Source: Lachnospiraceae bacterium
GTDB lineage: Bacteria; Bacillota; Clostridia; Lachnospirales; Lachnospiraceae
Reading direction: 5' to 3'
Length of the DNA: 64,000 bases
Assembly (NCBI GenBank): GCA_017938145.1
Contig: JAGBCB010000010.1
Coordinates: 164,063-228,062 of the forward strand
Below, piece after piece: positions 9,309 to 18,266 of the stretch. The notes below the pieces were generated by a model. The model made no database searches. It was not told where the DNA came from and was given only the letters and a program-made list of their open reading frames with translations. The position numbers and the translations under genes were made by a program. Each line of letters starts with the position of its first letter. Position 1 is the first letter of the stretch.

Positions 9309-10739
9309 ATGGGAAATTCTACTCAAATGTCTGCAAAAGACAGAATTACCGCATTGCTTGATGACAACAGCTTTGTTGAAATTGGCGCATTGGTTACAAA
9401 GAGAAATACAGACTTTGACCTGCCAAAAAGCGATGCTCCATCTGACGGTGTTATTACCGGATATGGACTGATTGATGGAAGTCTGGTTTACGTTTACAGC
9501 CAGGACGCAAAGGTACTTCATGGTACTATCGGCGAAATGCACGCCAAGAAAATTGTAAGATTATATGATCTTGCTTTAAAGACAGGTGCTCCGGTTATCG
9601 GACTTGTAGATTGTGCAGGTATCCGTTTACAGGAAGCAACAGACGCACTGGCAGGTTTTGGTGAAGTTTACTTCAAGCAGACCATGGCATCCGGTGTGGT
9701 TCCTCAGATAACCGCAGTATTTGGTACATGTGGTGGCGGTTCTGCAATTTCTGCAGCATTATCTGATTTCACATTTATGCCAAAGTCCAATGCAAAGTTA
9801 TTCGTAAATTCCCCAAATGCATTAGAGGGTAACTACACTGCAAAGTGTGACACTGCAGCTGCTGAGTATCAGGCAGCATGCGGCACTGTTGATGTGGTAA
9901 AAGAAGATGAAGCAGAAGTACTGGCAGGCATCCGTACTTTAATCTCTATTTTACCTGCAAACAATGAGGCTGAAGCAGTGGTTGATTGTGTAGACAGCTT
10001 AAACCGTGCGGTTTCCTTCGATGCTTTAAGTGCAGACCCTGCACAGGCTTTAGCAGATTTGTCCGATGACAACTTCTTCTTCGAAGTAAAGGCAGCTTAC
10101 GCTAAGGAAATGGTAACCGGTTTCATTAAGTTAGACGGTATGACCGTTGGTGCAGTTGCTAACAGAACAGCAGTTTTAGATGAAAACGGTAAGGCTACAG
10201 AAAAGTTTGATGCTTCCTTAACAACAGCAGGTTGTGAAAAGGCAGCTGCTTTCGTTAAGTTCTGTGATGCATTCGGTATTCCGGTTGTTTCCTTTACTAA
10301 CGTAAACGGCTACAAGGCAACCGTATGTGAAGAAAAGAGCATTGCAGTAGCAGCAGCTAAGTTAACTGCAGCATTTGCAAATGCAACCGTAGCTAAGGTA
10401 AACGTAGTTTCCGGTATGGCATATGGCAGTACATATATTGTTATGAATTCCAAGCACATTGGTGCTGATATGGTATTTGCAGTAGAAGGCGCTAAGATTG
10501 GTATGATGGATGCTGCTTTAGCAGCTCAGATTATCGCTCCTGAAAAGACTGCAGACGACAGAAAGGCAGTAGCAGATGCATATGCATCCTTACAGGGCAG
10601 TGCAGAAGCAGCTGCAAAGCGTGGTTATGTAGACGCTATCGTTTCCGCAGACAGCTTAAGACAGCACCTTTCCTATGCATTTGGTATGTTATATTCCAAG
10701 AGAGATGCACAGCCGGCTAAGAAACACGGCACTATCTAG
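9309..10739 (+). CDS. Acyl-CoA carboxyltransferase subunit (MmdA/PccB/GcdA family; decarboxylase alpha-type)
   Basis: 476 aa with the two-lobed carboxyltransferase pattern: GVITGYGLIDGSLVYVYSQDAKVLHGTIGEMHAKKI, GLVDCAGIRLQEA, TAVFGTCGGGSA, and a second lobe with VVSFTNVNGY. GGAGG RBS. Confidence 0.8.
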   Translation: MGNSTQMSAKDRITALLDDNSFVEIGALVTKRNTDFDLPKSDAPSDGVITGYGLIDGSLVYVYSQDAKVLHGTIGEMHAKKIVRLYDLALKTGAPVIGLVDCAGIRLQEATDALAGFGEVYFKQTMASGVVPQITAVFGTCGGGSAISAALSDFTFMPKSNAKLFVNSPNALEGNYTAKCDTAAAEYQAACGTVDVVKEDEAEVLAGIRTLISILPANNEAEAVVDCVDSLNRAVSFDALSADPAQALADLSDDNFFFEVKAAYAKEMVTGFIKLDGMTVGAVANRTAVLDENGKATEKFDASLTTAGCEKAAAFVKFCDAFGIPVVSFTNVNGYKATVCEEKSIAVAAAKLTAAFANATVAKVNVVSGMAYGSTYIVMNSKHIGADMVFAVEGAKIGMMDAALAAQIIAPEKTADDRKAVADAYASLQGSAEAAAKRGYVDAIVSADSLRQHLSYAFGMLYSKRDAQPAKKHGTI

Positions 10740-10753
10740 GACGGAGGTATCAC

Positions 10754-11152
10754 ATGACAAATTTCACTTTATTAGCAGGTGGTATCGCCGGATGGTGGGC
10801 AAGCATTGAAGATGCTATGGCAGAAGCAGCGGTAAATACTGTAATCGGTATTTCTGTTGTGTTTGCGGCACTTCTTCTCTTTGTATTTGTCATTTCCCTG
10901 TTTAAGTATATTTATTTACTTGACCAGAAAATGCAGGCAAAAAAATCCGGTAAAGCACCGGCCCCAAAGAAAGCACCGGCCCCGGCTCCTGCTCCAGTAG
11001 CAGAAGTTGCACCGGCAACAGATGATTTAGAATTAATTGCCGTAATTACTGCTGCAATTCATGCTTATGAAGAGGCACAGGGCAATACCGTAACCGGCGA
11101 TTTAGTAGTACGTTCCATCAAAAAGCGTAATAGCAGATGGCAGAATGCTTAA
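10754..11152 (+). CDS. OadG-like small membrane subunit of a Na+-translocating decarboxylase
   Basis: 132 aa. One TM helix (VIGISVVFAALLLFVFVISLF) followed by a Pro/Ala-rich linker. Position between carboxyltransferase and biotin carrier matches decarboxylase operons. Confidence 0.65.
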   Translation: MTNFTLLAGGIAGWWASIEDAMAEAAVNTVIGISVVFAALLLFVFVISLFKYIYLLDQKMQAKKSGKAPAPKKAPAPAPAPVAEVAPATDDLELIAVITAAIHAYEEAQGNTVTGDLVVRSIKKRNSRWQNA

Positions 11153-11170
11153 ATTTAGGAGGATTTTATA

Positions 11171-11539
11171 ATGAAGACTTATACAATTACTGTTAATGGT
11201 AATGTTTATGATGTAACCGTAGAAGAAGGTGGCGCAGTAGCAGCACCTGTAGCAGCACCAAAGGCGGCAGCGGCTCCAAAGGCAGCTCCTGCTCCAAAGG
11301 CAGCAGCTCCTGCAGGCGCACAGGGTGGCGTAAAGGTTAACGCTCCAATGCCTGGTAAGATTCTTGGTGTTAAGGTAGCAGCAGGACAGTCTGTAAGCAA
11401 GGGCGATGTTCTTATTGTTCTTGAAGCAATGAAGATGGAAAATGAAATTGTAGCACCTCAGGACGGTACCGTTGCAACTGTTAACACTACTGTTGGTGAG
11501 CAGGTAGAAGCAGGAGCAGTTTTAGTAACCTTAAACTAA
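11171..11539 (+). CDS. Biotin carboxyl carrier subunit
   Basis: 122 aa. Ala/Pro linker, then a biotinyl domain with EAMKMENE. Confidence 0.9.
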   Translation: MKTYTITVNGNVYDVTVEEGGAVAAPVAAPKAAAAPKAAPAPKAAAPAGAQGGVKVNAPMPGKILGVKVAAGQSVSKGDVLIVLEAMKMENEIVAPQDGTVATVNTTVGEQVEAGAVLVTLN

Positions 11540-11556
11540 TTCAGGAGGAACCTTAA

Positions 11557-12681
11557 ATGGATAACATTTTACAGATTCTGCAGAATCTGGCAGAACAGAC
11601 AGGTTTCTATAACCTGACTCTCGGCAATCTGCTGATGATTCTTGTGGCATTCGTGTTCTTATACTTGGCCATTGGCCGTGGATTTGAGCCACTCCTGTTA
11701 GTTCCGATTTCTTTTGGTATGTTATTGGTTAACATGTATCCTCCTATTATGGAAGAAGGCGGTTTATTACATTTCTTCTTCCTGCTGGATGAGTGGGCAA
11801 TCCTTCCGTCCCTGATTTTCATGGGCGTTGGTGCAATGACAGACTTTGGTCCGTTAATTGCAAACCCGAAGAGCTTTATCCTTGGTGCGGCGGCTCAGAT
11901 GGGTATTTTTGCAGCATATTTCTTTGCAATTATGCTTGGATTTAACGGTAAGGCAGCGGCAGCTATTTCCATTATCGGTGGTGCTGACGGTCCTACCTCC
12001 ATTTTCCTGGCAGCAAAGCTTGGTCAGACTGACTTGATGGGACCTATTGCCGTAGCGGCATATTCCTACATGTCCTTGGTTCCGATTATTCAGCCTCCAA
12101 TCATGAAGTTATTAACCACAGAAGAGGAAAGAAAAATCAAGATGGAGCAGCTTCGCCCTGTTTCCAAATTAGAAAAGATTTTATTCCCTATTGTTGTAAC
12201 CGTAGTTGTATCTTTACTTTTACCGGATACAGCTCCTCTTGTTGGTATGTTAATGCTTGGTAATCTGTTCCGTGAATGTGGCGTGGTTAACCAGTTAGCA
12301 GAGCATGCTTCCAATTCTCTTATGTACATCGTAGTTATTTTACTTGGTACATCTGTTGGTGCGACTACAAGTGCAGAAGCATTCTTAAACATCAATACCT
12401 TAAAGATTGTTGTTCTTGGTCTTATTGCATTTGCTATCGGTACTGCAGCCGGTGTTATCTTTGGTAAGATTATGTGTAAGGCAACCGGTGGCAAGATTAA
12501 CCCACTCATTGGTTCTGCGGGTGTATCTGCGGTTCCGATGGCAGCCAGAGTATCCCAGAAGGTTGGTTCCCAGGCGGATCCTACCAACTTCTTACTCATG
12601 CATGCTATGGGTCCTAACGTAGCCGGTGTTATCGGTACTGCAGTTGCAGCCGGTGTATTTATGGCAATTTTCGGGGTATAA
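11557..12681 (+). CDS. Sodium ion-translocating decarboxylase beta subunit (OadB/MmdB/GcdB family)
   Basis: 374 aa, polytopic. IIGGADGPTSIF and IGSAGVSAVPMAARV segments are typical of the family. Confidence 0.9.
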   Translation: MDNILQILQNLAEQTGFYNLTLGNLLMILVAFVFLYLAIGRGFEPLLLVPISFGMLLVNMYPPIMEEGGLLHFFFLLDEWAILPSLIFMGVGAMTDFGPLIANPKSFILGAAAQMGIFAAYFFAIMLGFNGKAAAAISIIGGADGPTSIFLAAKLGQTDLMGPIAVAAYSYMSLVPIIQPPIMKLLTTEEERKIKMEQLRPVSKLEKILFPIVVTVVVSLLLPDTAPLVGMLMLGNLFRECGVVNQLAEHASNSLMYIVVILLGTSVGATTSAEAFLNINTLKIVVLGLIAFAIGTAAGVIFGKIMCKATGGKINPLIGSAGVSAVPMAARVSQKVGSQADPTNFLLMHAMGPNVAGVIGTAVAAGVFMAIFGV

Positions 12682-12946
12682 ATACATACAAATTTCTTGC
12701 CGAAGGCAAGCGGCAGCAAAGCTGCCGGAGATTTTCACATTATATGACAAGTTTTAATTGTATAGCAGCATTTTATATTTATTTTTCCAAGTGTCTGACC
12801 TTTCAGCGGACAGATGTATGAACATTGACGGACAAACAAAGTTTTACCGTTTGTTCCGGCAAGGGCATACAGATGTCAGAGGAAGCAGGCAAACACGGAA
12901 AAATAAACATAAAATGCGCTGAAAATAAAAATTGGAGGATTAAACA

Positions 12947-14359
12947 ATGGCAGAACAGGTTAAAAAGCCGGTTGGCATTACCGAAACTATACTGCGTGAT
13001 GCACATCAGTCCCTGATTGCTACCAGAATGTCTACCGAACAGATGCTTCCTATCATCGAAAAGATGGATAAGGTTGGCTATCATTCTGTAGAATGCTGGG
13101 GCGGTGCGACTTTCGATGCATCCTTACGTTTCTTAAAGGAAGACCCATGGGAAAGACTCAGAAAGTTAAAGGCAGGCTTTAAGAACACAAAGTTACAGAT
13201 GTTATTCCGTGGTCAGAACATTCTTGGTTACAACCACTATTCTGATGATGTAGTAGAATACTTCGTACAGAAGTCTATTGCAAACGGTATCGACATCATC
13301 CGTATTTTCGACTGTTTCAATGACCTTAGAAACTTAGAAACAGCTGTTAAGGCTGCTAACAAGGAAAAAGGTCATGCACAGATTGCATTATCCTATACAT
13401 TAGGTGATGCATATACACTTGACTACTGGAAGGATATTGCCAGAAGAGTAGAAGAAATGGGCGCAGATTCCTTATGTATTAAGGATATGGCAGGCTTACT
13501 TCTTCCATACAAGGCAAAAGAACTGGTAGAAGCTTTAAAGGAAGGTACAAAGCTTCCTATTCAGTTACATACCCACTACACCTCCGGTGTTGCTTCCATG
13601 ACATATTTAAAGGCTGTAGAAGCAGGTGTTGATGTTATCGATACCGCTATGTCTCCATTCTCCATGGGTACCAGCCAGCCTGCAACCGAAGTTATGGTTG
13701 AAACCTTCAAGGGTACAGAGTATGACACAGGCTTAGATCAGAATCTCCTTGCTGAGATTGCTGATTACTTCCGTCCAATGCAGGAAGAAGCATTAAAGAG
13801 CGGATTATTAAATCCAAAGGTAATGGGTGTCGATATTAAGACCTTATTATATCAGGTACCGGGTGGTATGTTATCCAACCTTGTTTCCCAGTTAAAGGAA
13901 GCAAAGGCAGAAGATAAGTACTACGACGTACTTCGCGAAATCCCTGAGGTTCGTAAGGACTTCGGTGAGCCGCCTCTTGTAACTCCATCCTCCCAGATCG
14001 TTGGTACACAGGCTGTACTTAACGTATTACAGGGTGAGAGATATAAGATGGTTACCAAGGAATCCAAAAAGGTTCTTGGCGGTGAATTCGGTGAAACAGT
14101 TAAGCCATTCAACAAGGATGTACAGAAGAAGGCTATCGGTGACGTAGAGCCTATCACCTGCCGTCCGGCTGACTTAATTCCACCACAGCTTGACAAGTTC
14201 CGTGAGGAATGTAAGGAATGGATGCAGCAGGAAGAAGATGTTCTTTCTTATGCATTATTCCCACAGGTTGCTATGGATTTCTTCAAGCACAGACAGGCAC
14301 AGCAGACTGCTGTTGATGTAACTGCTGCTGACACAGAAAACAAGGCATACCCGGTTTAA
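12947..14359 (+). CDS. Oxaloacetate decarboxylase alpha / transcarboxylase 5S-type pyruvate carboxyltransferase, lacking a biotinyl domain
   Basis: 470 aa. ITETILRDAHQSL, CIKDMAGLL (carbamyl-Lys motif) and LHTHYTSG. No AMKM motif at the C-terminus. Confidence 0.88.
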   Translation: MAEQVKKPVGITETILRDAHQSLIATRMSTEQMLPIIEKMDKVGYHSVECWGGATFDASLRFLKEDPWERLRKLKAGFKNTKLQMLFRGQNILGYNHYSDDVVEYFVQKSIANGIDIIRIFDCFNDLRNLETAVKAANKEKGHAQIALSYTLGDAYTLDYWKDIARRVEEMGADSLCIKDMAGLLLPYKAKELVEALKEGTKLPIQLHTHYTSGVASMTYLKAVEAGVDVIDTAMSPFSMGTSQPATEVMVETFKGTEYDTGLDQNLLAEIADYFRPMQEEALKSGLLNPKVMGVDIKTLLYQVPGGMLSNLVSQLKEAKAEDKYYDVLREIPEVRKDFGEPPLVTPSSQIVGTQAVLNVLQGERYKMVTKESKKVLGGEFGETVKPFNKDVQKKAIGDVEPITCRPADLIPPQLDKFREECKEWMQQEEDVLSYALFPQVAMDFFKHRQAQQTAVDVTAADTENKAYPV

Positions 14360-14426
14360 GAAGCTAAAGTAATAAGGCTCTTTCAGGATTAGGACATTGG
14401 AAAACCTTATTGCTTCAAACAAAAAA

Positions 14427-14467
14427 AGATACGTGGAGGAGCTGCTGCTTCCATGTATCTTTTTTTG
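14427..14467. terminator. Strong rho-independent terminator (A-run / hairpin / T-run, potentially bidirectional)
   Basis: 13-bp stem AGATACGTGGAGG / CTTCCATGTATCT (includes G-U pairs), flanked by AAAAAAA and TTTTTTT. Confidence 0.8.
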
Positions 14468-14590
14468 TGTATTTTTCTGTGTAGGTTTTATAAAATAGTT
14501 ATTTGCATTTGGAGAAATATGTGGTAGAATAATAAATAGTATAGACATTATATGGTGTTTACAAAAACGATAATTATTTGGAGGTACAAC

Positions 14591-15331
14591 ATGAGCTTAT
14601 TCAAAGATATTACAGATGAATTAGAACAGGCTGTAAACGACATCGAAGTAGAACAAACAGAAGAAGACGAAGATTTATTTGCTATTCTTTCTGAAGGTGA
14701 CGACGTAGAGGTTGATCAGGATTTATTAAATTCCATGCTGGAGGATGAAGAACTTACAGAGGAGACTGCAGCAGATATCGAACCTACAGAAGCAGAGCCT
14801 GTAGAAGCAGAACCTGAAGTTCAGGCTCCTGTTGAAGAAGCTCCTGTAGTTAAGGAAGAACCAAAACGCGAAGTTTCTGAAGAAGATAAGAATGCGGTAA
14901 CCGTTATTACAAAGGGTACTACAATCAACGGCAGCATTATTTCCGACTGCTCCTTAGATGTTATGGGTACCATCAACGGTGATATTGAATGCTTAGGTAA
15001 GTTAACTATTTCCGGTAAGGTTACAGGTAATTCCCTGGCTTCTGAAGTAGTTGTAAATACAGACCGTTTAGAGGGTTCTGTTGTCAGTGAAGGTGCAGTA
15101 AAGGTTGGTCTTGGAACTGTAGTTATCGGTGACATTACCGCTGCATCTGCTGTATTTGCAGGCGCTGTTAAGGGTGAAATCGACGTTAAGGGTCCGGTTG
15201 TTTTAGATTCTACAGCAATTATTAAGGGTAACATCAAGGCAAAGTCCATCCAGATGGCTAACGGTGCTGTTATGGACGGTTTCTGTTCCTTAAGCTACGC
15301 AGACCTTAAGATTGACGACATTTTCGAATAA
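14591..15331 (+). CDS. Bactofilin family cytoskeletal protein with a long acidic N-terminal extension
   Basis: The C-terminal half is a bactofilin beta-helix repeat pattern (TINGSIISDCSLDVMGTINGDIECLGKLTISGKVTGN...IKGNIKAKSIQMANGAVMDG). GGAGG lies upstream of the ATG at 14591, so the ORF-track start at 14552 is rejected. Confidence 0.8.
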   Translation: MSLFKDITDELEQAVNDIEVEQTEEDEDLFAILSEGDDVEVDQDLLNSMLEDEELTEETAADIEPTEAEPVEAEPEVQAPVEEAPVVKEEPKREVSEEDKNAVTVITKGTTINGSIISDCSLDVMGTINGDIECLGKLTISGKVTGNSLASEVVVNTDRLEGSVVSEGAVKVGLGTVVIGDITAASAVFAGAVKGEIDVKGPVVLDSTAIIKGNIKAKSIQMANGAVMDGFCSLSYADLKIDDIFE

Positions 15332-15346
15332 GAGCGAGGCAAAATA

Positions 15347-16051
15347 ATGGAAAAGTACAACAGAGTATTATTAAAATTAAGTGGAGAGGCATTAGCCGGA
15401 GAAAAGCATACCGGTTTTGATGAAGCCACCTGTATCGAAGTTGGTAAGCAGGTTAAAACACTGGTAGAACAGGGAGTCCAGGTTGCTATTGTTATCGGTG
15501 GCGGTAACTTCTGGAGAGGAAGAACCTCTGAAACCATTGACCGTGTTAAGGCAGACCAAATCGGCATGCTGGCAACGGTAATGAACTGTATTTATGTTTC
15601 CGATATTTTCCGTTATCTCGGATTAAATACCAAGGTTTATACACCGTTTGCATGCGGCGGAATGACAACCCTGTTTTCCAAAGATGATGCGATGAATGAA
15701 TTAAAGAGCGGAACCGTAGTATTTTGTGCCGGTGGAACCGGACATCCATACTTCTCAACCGACTCAGCTACTTCCCTTCGTGCCATTGAATTGGAATGTG
15801 ACATCATTCTTATGGCTAAGGCAATTGACGGTGTATACGACAGCGATCCTAAGACAAATCCTAATGCAAAGAAGTTTAATACTCTGGCGGTTAGCGAAAT
15901 TGTAGATAACAAGCTTGGAGTTATTGATTTAACTTCTGCAGTGCTTTGTCTGGAAAACAAAATGCCGTTGCTTATTTTCTCCTTAAATGAAGAAAATAGT
16001 ATTGTAGAAGCGGCTATGGGCAAAAGTAACGGTACTGTAATTACAGTATAG
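15347..16051 (+). CDS. pyrH: UMP kinase
   Basis: VLLKLSGEAL and IVIGGGNFWRG motifs; pyrH-frr synteny. Confidence 0.95.
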   Translation: MEKYNRVLLKLSGEALAGEKHTGFDEATCIEVGKQVKTLVEQGVQVAIVIGGGNFWRGRTSETIDRVKADQIGMLATVMNCIYVSDIFRYLGLNTKVYTPFACGGMTTLFSKDDAMNELKSGTVVFCAGGTGHPYFSTDSATSLRAIELECDIILMAKAIDGVYDSDPKTNPNAKKFNTLAVSEIVDNKLGVIDLTSAVLCLENKMPLLIFSLNEENSIVEAAMGKSNGTVITV

Positions 16052-16078
16052 TAATAAATTTTCAGGAGGAAAAATATA

Positions 16079-16633
16079 ATGAATGAAAGAGTAAAACCAT
16101 TTGAAGATAAGATGAACAAGACATTAGAAGTTTTAAAGGAAGAGTACGCGTCCGTACGTGCAGGCCGTGCAAATCCACACTTGCTTGATAAGCTCCGTGT
16201 AGACTATTATGGCACACCATCTCCAATCCAGTCTGTTGCAAACATCTCTGTTCCTGAAGCAAGAGTAATTCAGATTCAGCCTTGGGAATCCAAGATGATT
16301 AAAGAAATTGAAAAAGCTATTTTAGCTTCCGATATCGGTATTACACCTGGTAACGACGGCAAGATTATCCGTCTTGTTTTCCCTGAACTTACCGAAGACC
16401 GTCGTAAAGAGCTTGTTAAAGATATTAAGAAGAAAGCAGAAGCTGCTAAGGTTGCGGTTCGTAATGTAAGAAGAGACGCTAATGATGCTATTAAGAAGGC
16501 AGCAAAGGCAAGTGAAATTTCTGAAGACGAACAGAAGCAGATTGAAGACGAAATCCAGAAGCTGACAGATAAGTTTGTTGCTGAAATTGATAAGGCTACA
16601 GACGCTAAGACCAATGAAATCATGACAGTTTAA
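16079..16633 (+). CDS. frr: Ribosome recycling factor
   Basis: 184 aa with typical RRF sequence (ASVRAGRANPHLLD...LTEDRRKELVK). Confidence 0.95.
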   Translation: MNERVKPFEDKMNKTLEVLKEEYASVRAGRANPHLLDKLRVDYYGTPSPIQSVANISVPEARVIQIQPWESKMIKEIEKAILASDIGITPGNDGKIIRLVFPELTEDRRKELVKDIKKKAEAAKVAVRNVRRDANDAIKKAAKASEISEDEQKQIEDEIQKLTDKFVAEIDKATDAKTNEIMTV

Positions 16634-16649
16634 ATTATTTAAGAAGCAG

Positions 16650-16688
16650 TGGACGCTTCCGAATACATTTGGAAGCGTCCATTTCCTT
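16650..16688 (+). terminator. Hairpin (terminator/attenuator) between frr and uppS
   Basis: 11-bp perfect stem TGGACGCTTCC / GGAAGCGTCCA with a 10-nt loop, followed by TTTCCTT. Confidence 0.55.
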
Positions 16689-16705
16689 ATGAAAGGGTGA
16701 AACCT

Positions 16706-17437
16706 ATGGCAAAGAAGTTAAATCCGGAGTGGAAAATACCGGAACATGTTGCAATTATTATGGACGGCAACGGCCGGTGGGCAAAAAGAAGAGGACTTCC
16801 TCGTAATATGGGACACCGTCAGGGTGGTAAAACAGTAGAACTGATTTGTGAAGAGGCCTATAAATTAGGCATTAAGTATATTACCCTATATGCTTTTTCT
16901 ACAGAAAACTGGAGCAGACCGGAGGATGAGGTAACTGCCTTAATGAACCTGCTTCGTAATTATATGAAAGACTGTGTAAAACAGGCAGAAAAAAATAAAA
17001 TGCGGGTAAAAGTAATCGGTGATATTTCCCGTTTGGATGCAGACCTTCAGGAAAGTATCCGTGTGCTTGAAAAAGAATCTGAAAAAAATACCGGTTTACG
17101 GTTTCAAATAGCATTAAATTATGGCGGCAGAGACGAAATTTTGCGTGCAGTAAAACGTCTTTGCAAGGATGTGAAAGAAGAAAAAATTTCTGAAGATGAT
17201 ATTACGGCAGAAGTAATTTCATCATATTTGGACACGGAAGGCATACCGGATCCGGATTTAATGATCCGGACCAGCGGAGAACAGCGTATTTCCAATTTCC
17301 TTTTGTGGCAGTTTGCTTATACAGAATTTTATTTTCCGGATGTATTATGGCCGGATTTTAGCAAAGATGATTTAATTGATGCAATTGAGTATTATAATAC
17401 AAGAGAACGAAGATACGGAGGCGTGACAAATGTTTAA
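16706..17437 (+). CDS. uppS: Isoprenyl transferase (undecaprenyl diphosphate synthase)
   Basis: IIMDGNGRWA, FSTENWSRP and RTSGEQRISNFLLWQ. The start at 16706 is chosen because the upstream part of the ORF is the hairpin. Confidence 0.93.
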   Translation: MAKKLNPEWKIPEHVAIIMDGNGRWAKRRGLPRNMGHRQGGKTVELICEEAYKLGIKYITLYAFSTENWSRPEDEVTALMNLLRNYMKDCVKQAEKNKMRVKVIGDISRLDADLQESIRVLEKESEKNTGLRFQIALNYGGRDEILRAVKRLCKDVKEEKISEDDITAEVISSYLDTEGIPDPDLMIRTSGEQRISNFLLWQFAYTEFYFPDVLWPDFSKDDLIDAIEYYNTRERRYGGVTNV

Positions 17438-18221
17438 AATCAGATTACTCAGCAGTATTGTACTGATGATATTGATGTTATTCTTTGTGGTTTCCGGGGG
17501 CAATTTATTACTTGCAGCAACTGCTTTTTTGTCTCTTGTAGCAGTTATGGAATATATGAGGATGGTAAAAATTCATAAAACATCATTAGCAGCTCCGGTA
17601 TATATTTCCGTGGTTGTATTATATGTATTACTTTTCCTTGGAAAATCTGAAAATTTAGTTCCGTTGTTTGTTTTTCTTCTGCTGGCAATTATGGCGCTTT
17701 ATGTATTTGCGTTTCCAAAATACCGCGTGGAACAGATTGTTGCGGCATATTTCGGATTTGTATATGCAGGTCTGTTAATTTCTTATGTATATCAGGTTCG
17801 TATGCTGCCGGGCGGCGCTTTTAGTGTATGGTTAATTTTCATTGCAGCTTGGGGGTCTGATGTATTTGCATATTGTGCCGGCATGTTATTCGGTAAGCAC
17901 AAAGCATTTCCGGTACTGAGCCCTAAAAAAACCTGGGAAGGATGTATTGGCGGAGTTATAGGTGCAGCTGCTGTTGCAGTTGTGTATTGCCTTGCCATGA
18001 ATTATTTTTTCCGTCAAAGCTTTTCCTTGGTACAATATGCAGTTGTTTGTGCCTGCGGTGCTGTTATTTCCCAAATCGGAGATTTGGCTGCGTCTGCCAT
18101 GAAACGTAATAACGAAATCAAAGATTACGGAAAATTGATTCCGGGCCATGGTGGTATATTAGATCGCTATGACAGCGTGATTTTTGTGGCACCGATTGTT
18201 TATTATTTATTACAATTGTAA
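17430..18221 (+). CDS. cdsA: Phosphatidate cytidylyltransferase
   Basis: SAMKRNNEIKDYGKLIPGHGGILDRYDS signature; polytopic; overlaps the uppS stop by 8 nt. Confidence 0.93.
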   Translation: MFKIRLLSSIVLMILMLFFVVSGGNLLLAATAFLSLVAVMEYMRMVKIHKTSLAAPVYISVVVLYVLLFLGKSENLVPLFVFLLLAIMALYVFAFPKYRVEQIVAAYFGFVYAGLLISYVYQVRMLPGGAFSVWLIFIAAWGSDVFAYCAGMLFGKHKAFPVLSPKKTWEGCIGGVIGAAAVAVVYCLAMNYFFRQSFSLVQYAVVCACGAVISQIGDLAASAMKRNNEIKDYGKLIPGHGGILDRYDSVIFVAPIVYYLLQL

Positions 18222-18266
18222 TTGATTTTACGGATATTTGTTTACTGAAAGCGAGGAAGCTGATAG

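Noticed and set aside
9228-9542. 104-aa minus-strand ORF overlapping the promoter, leader and 5' end of the carboxyltransferase gene. The + ORF at 9259-9471 was considered alongside it.
   Set aside because: Neither has an RBS. Both overlap a consensus promoter and a well-supported CDS, and their composition is atypical.
12090-12719. 209-aa minus-strand ORF antisense to the decarboxylase beta subunit.
   Set aside because: It lies entirely inside a gene with strong family motifs on the + strand. Its translation is low-complexity (Ala/Thr/Pro-rich), there is no RBS, and it looks like a typical shadow ORF of a codon-biased gene.
14552-14590. N-terminal extensions of ORF-track entries. Affected ORFs start at 5517, 14552, 16649, 29139, 29851, 47468, 51834, 54766, 55887, 58576 (-) and 60126.
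   Set aside because: In each case an internal ATG is preceded by a good Shine-Dalgarno at 6-10 nt. The extension also overlaps a terminator hairpin or the preceding gene, or adds a non-homologous leader.
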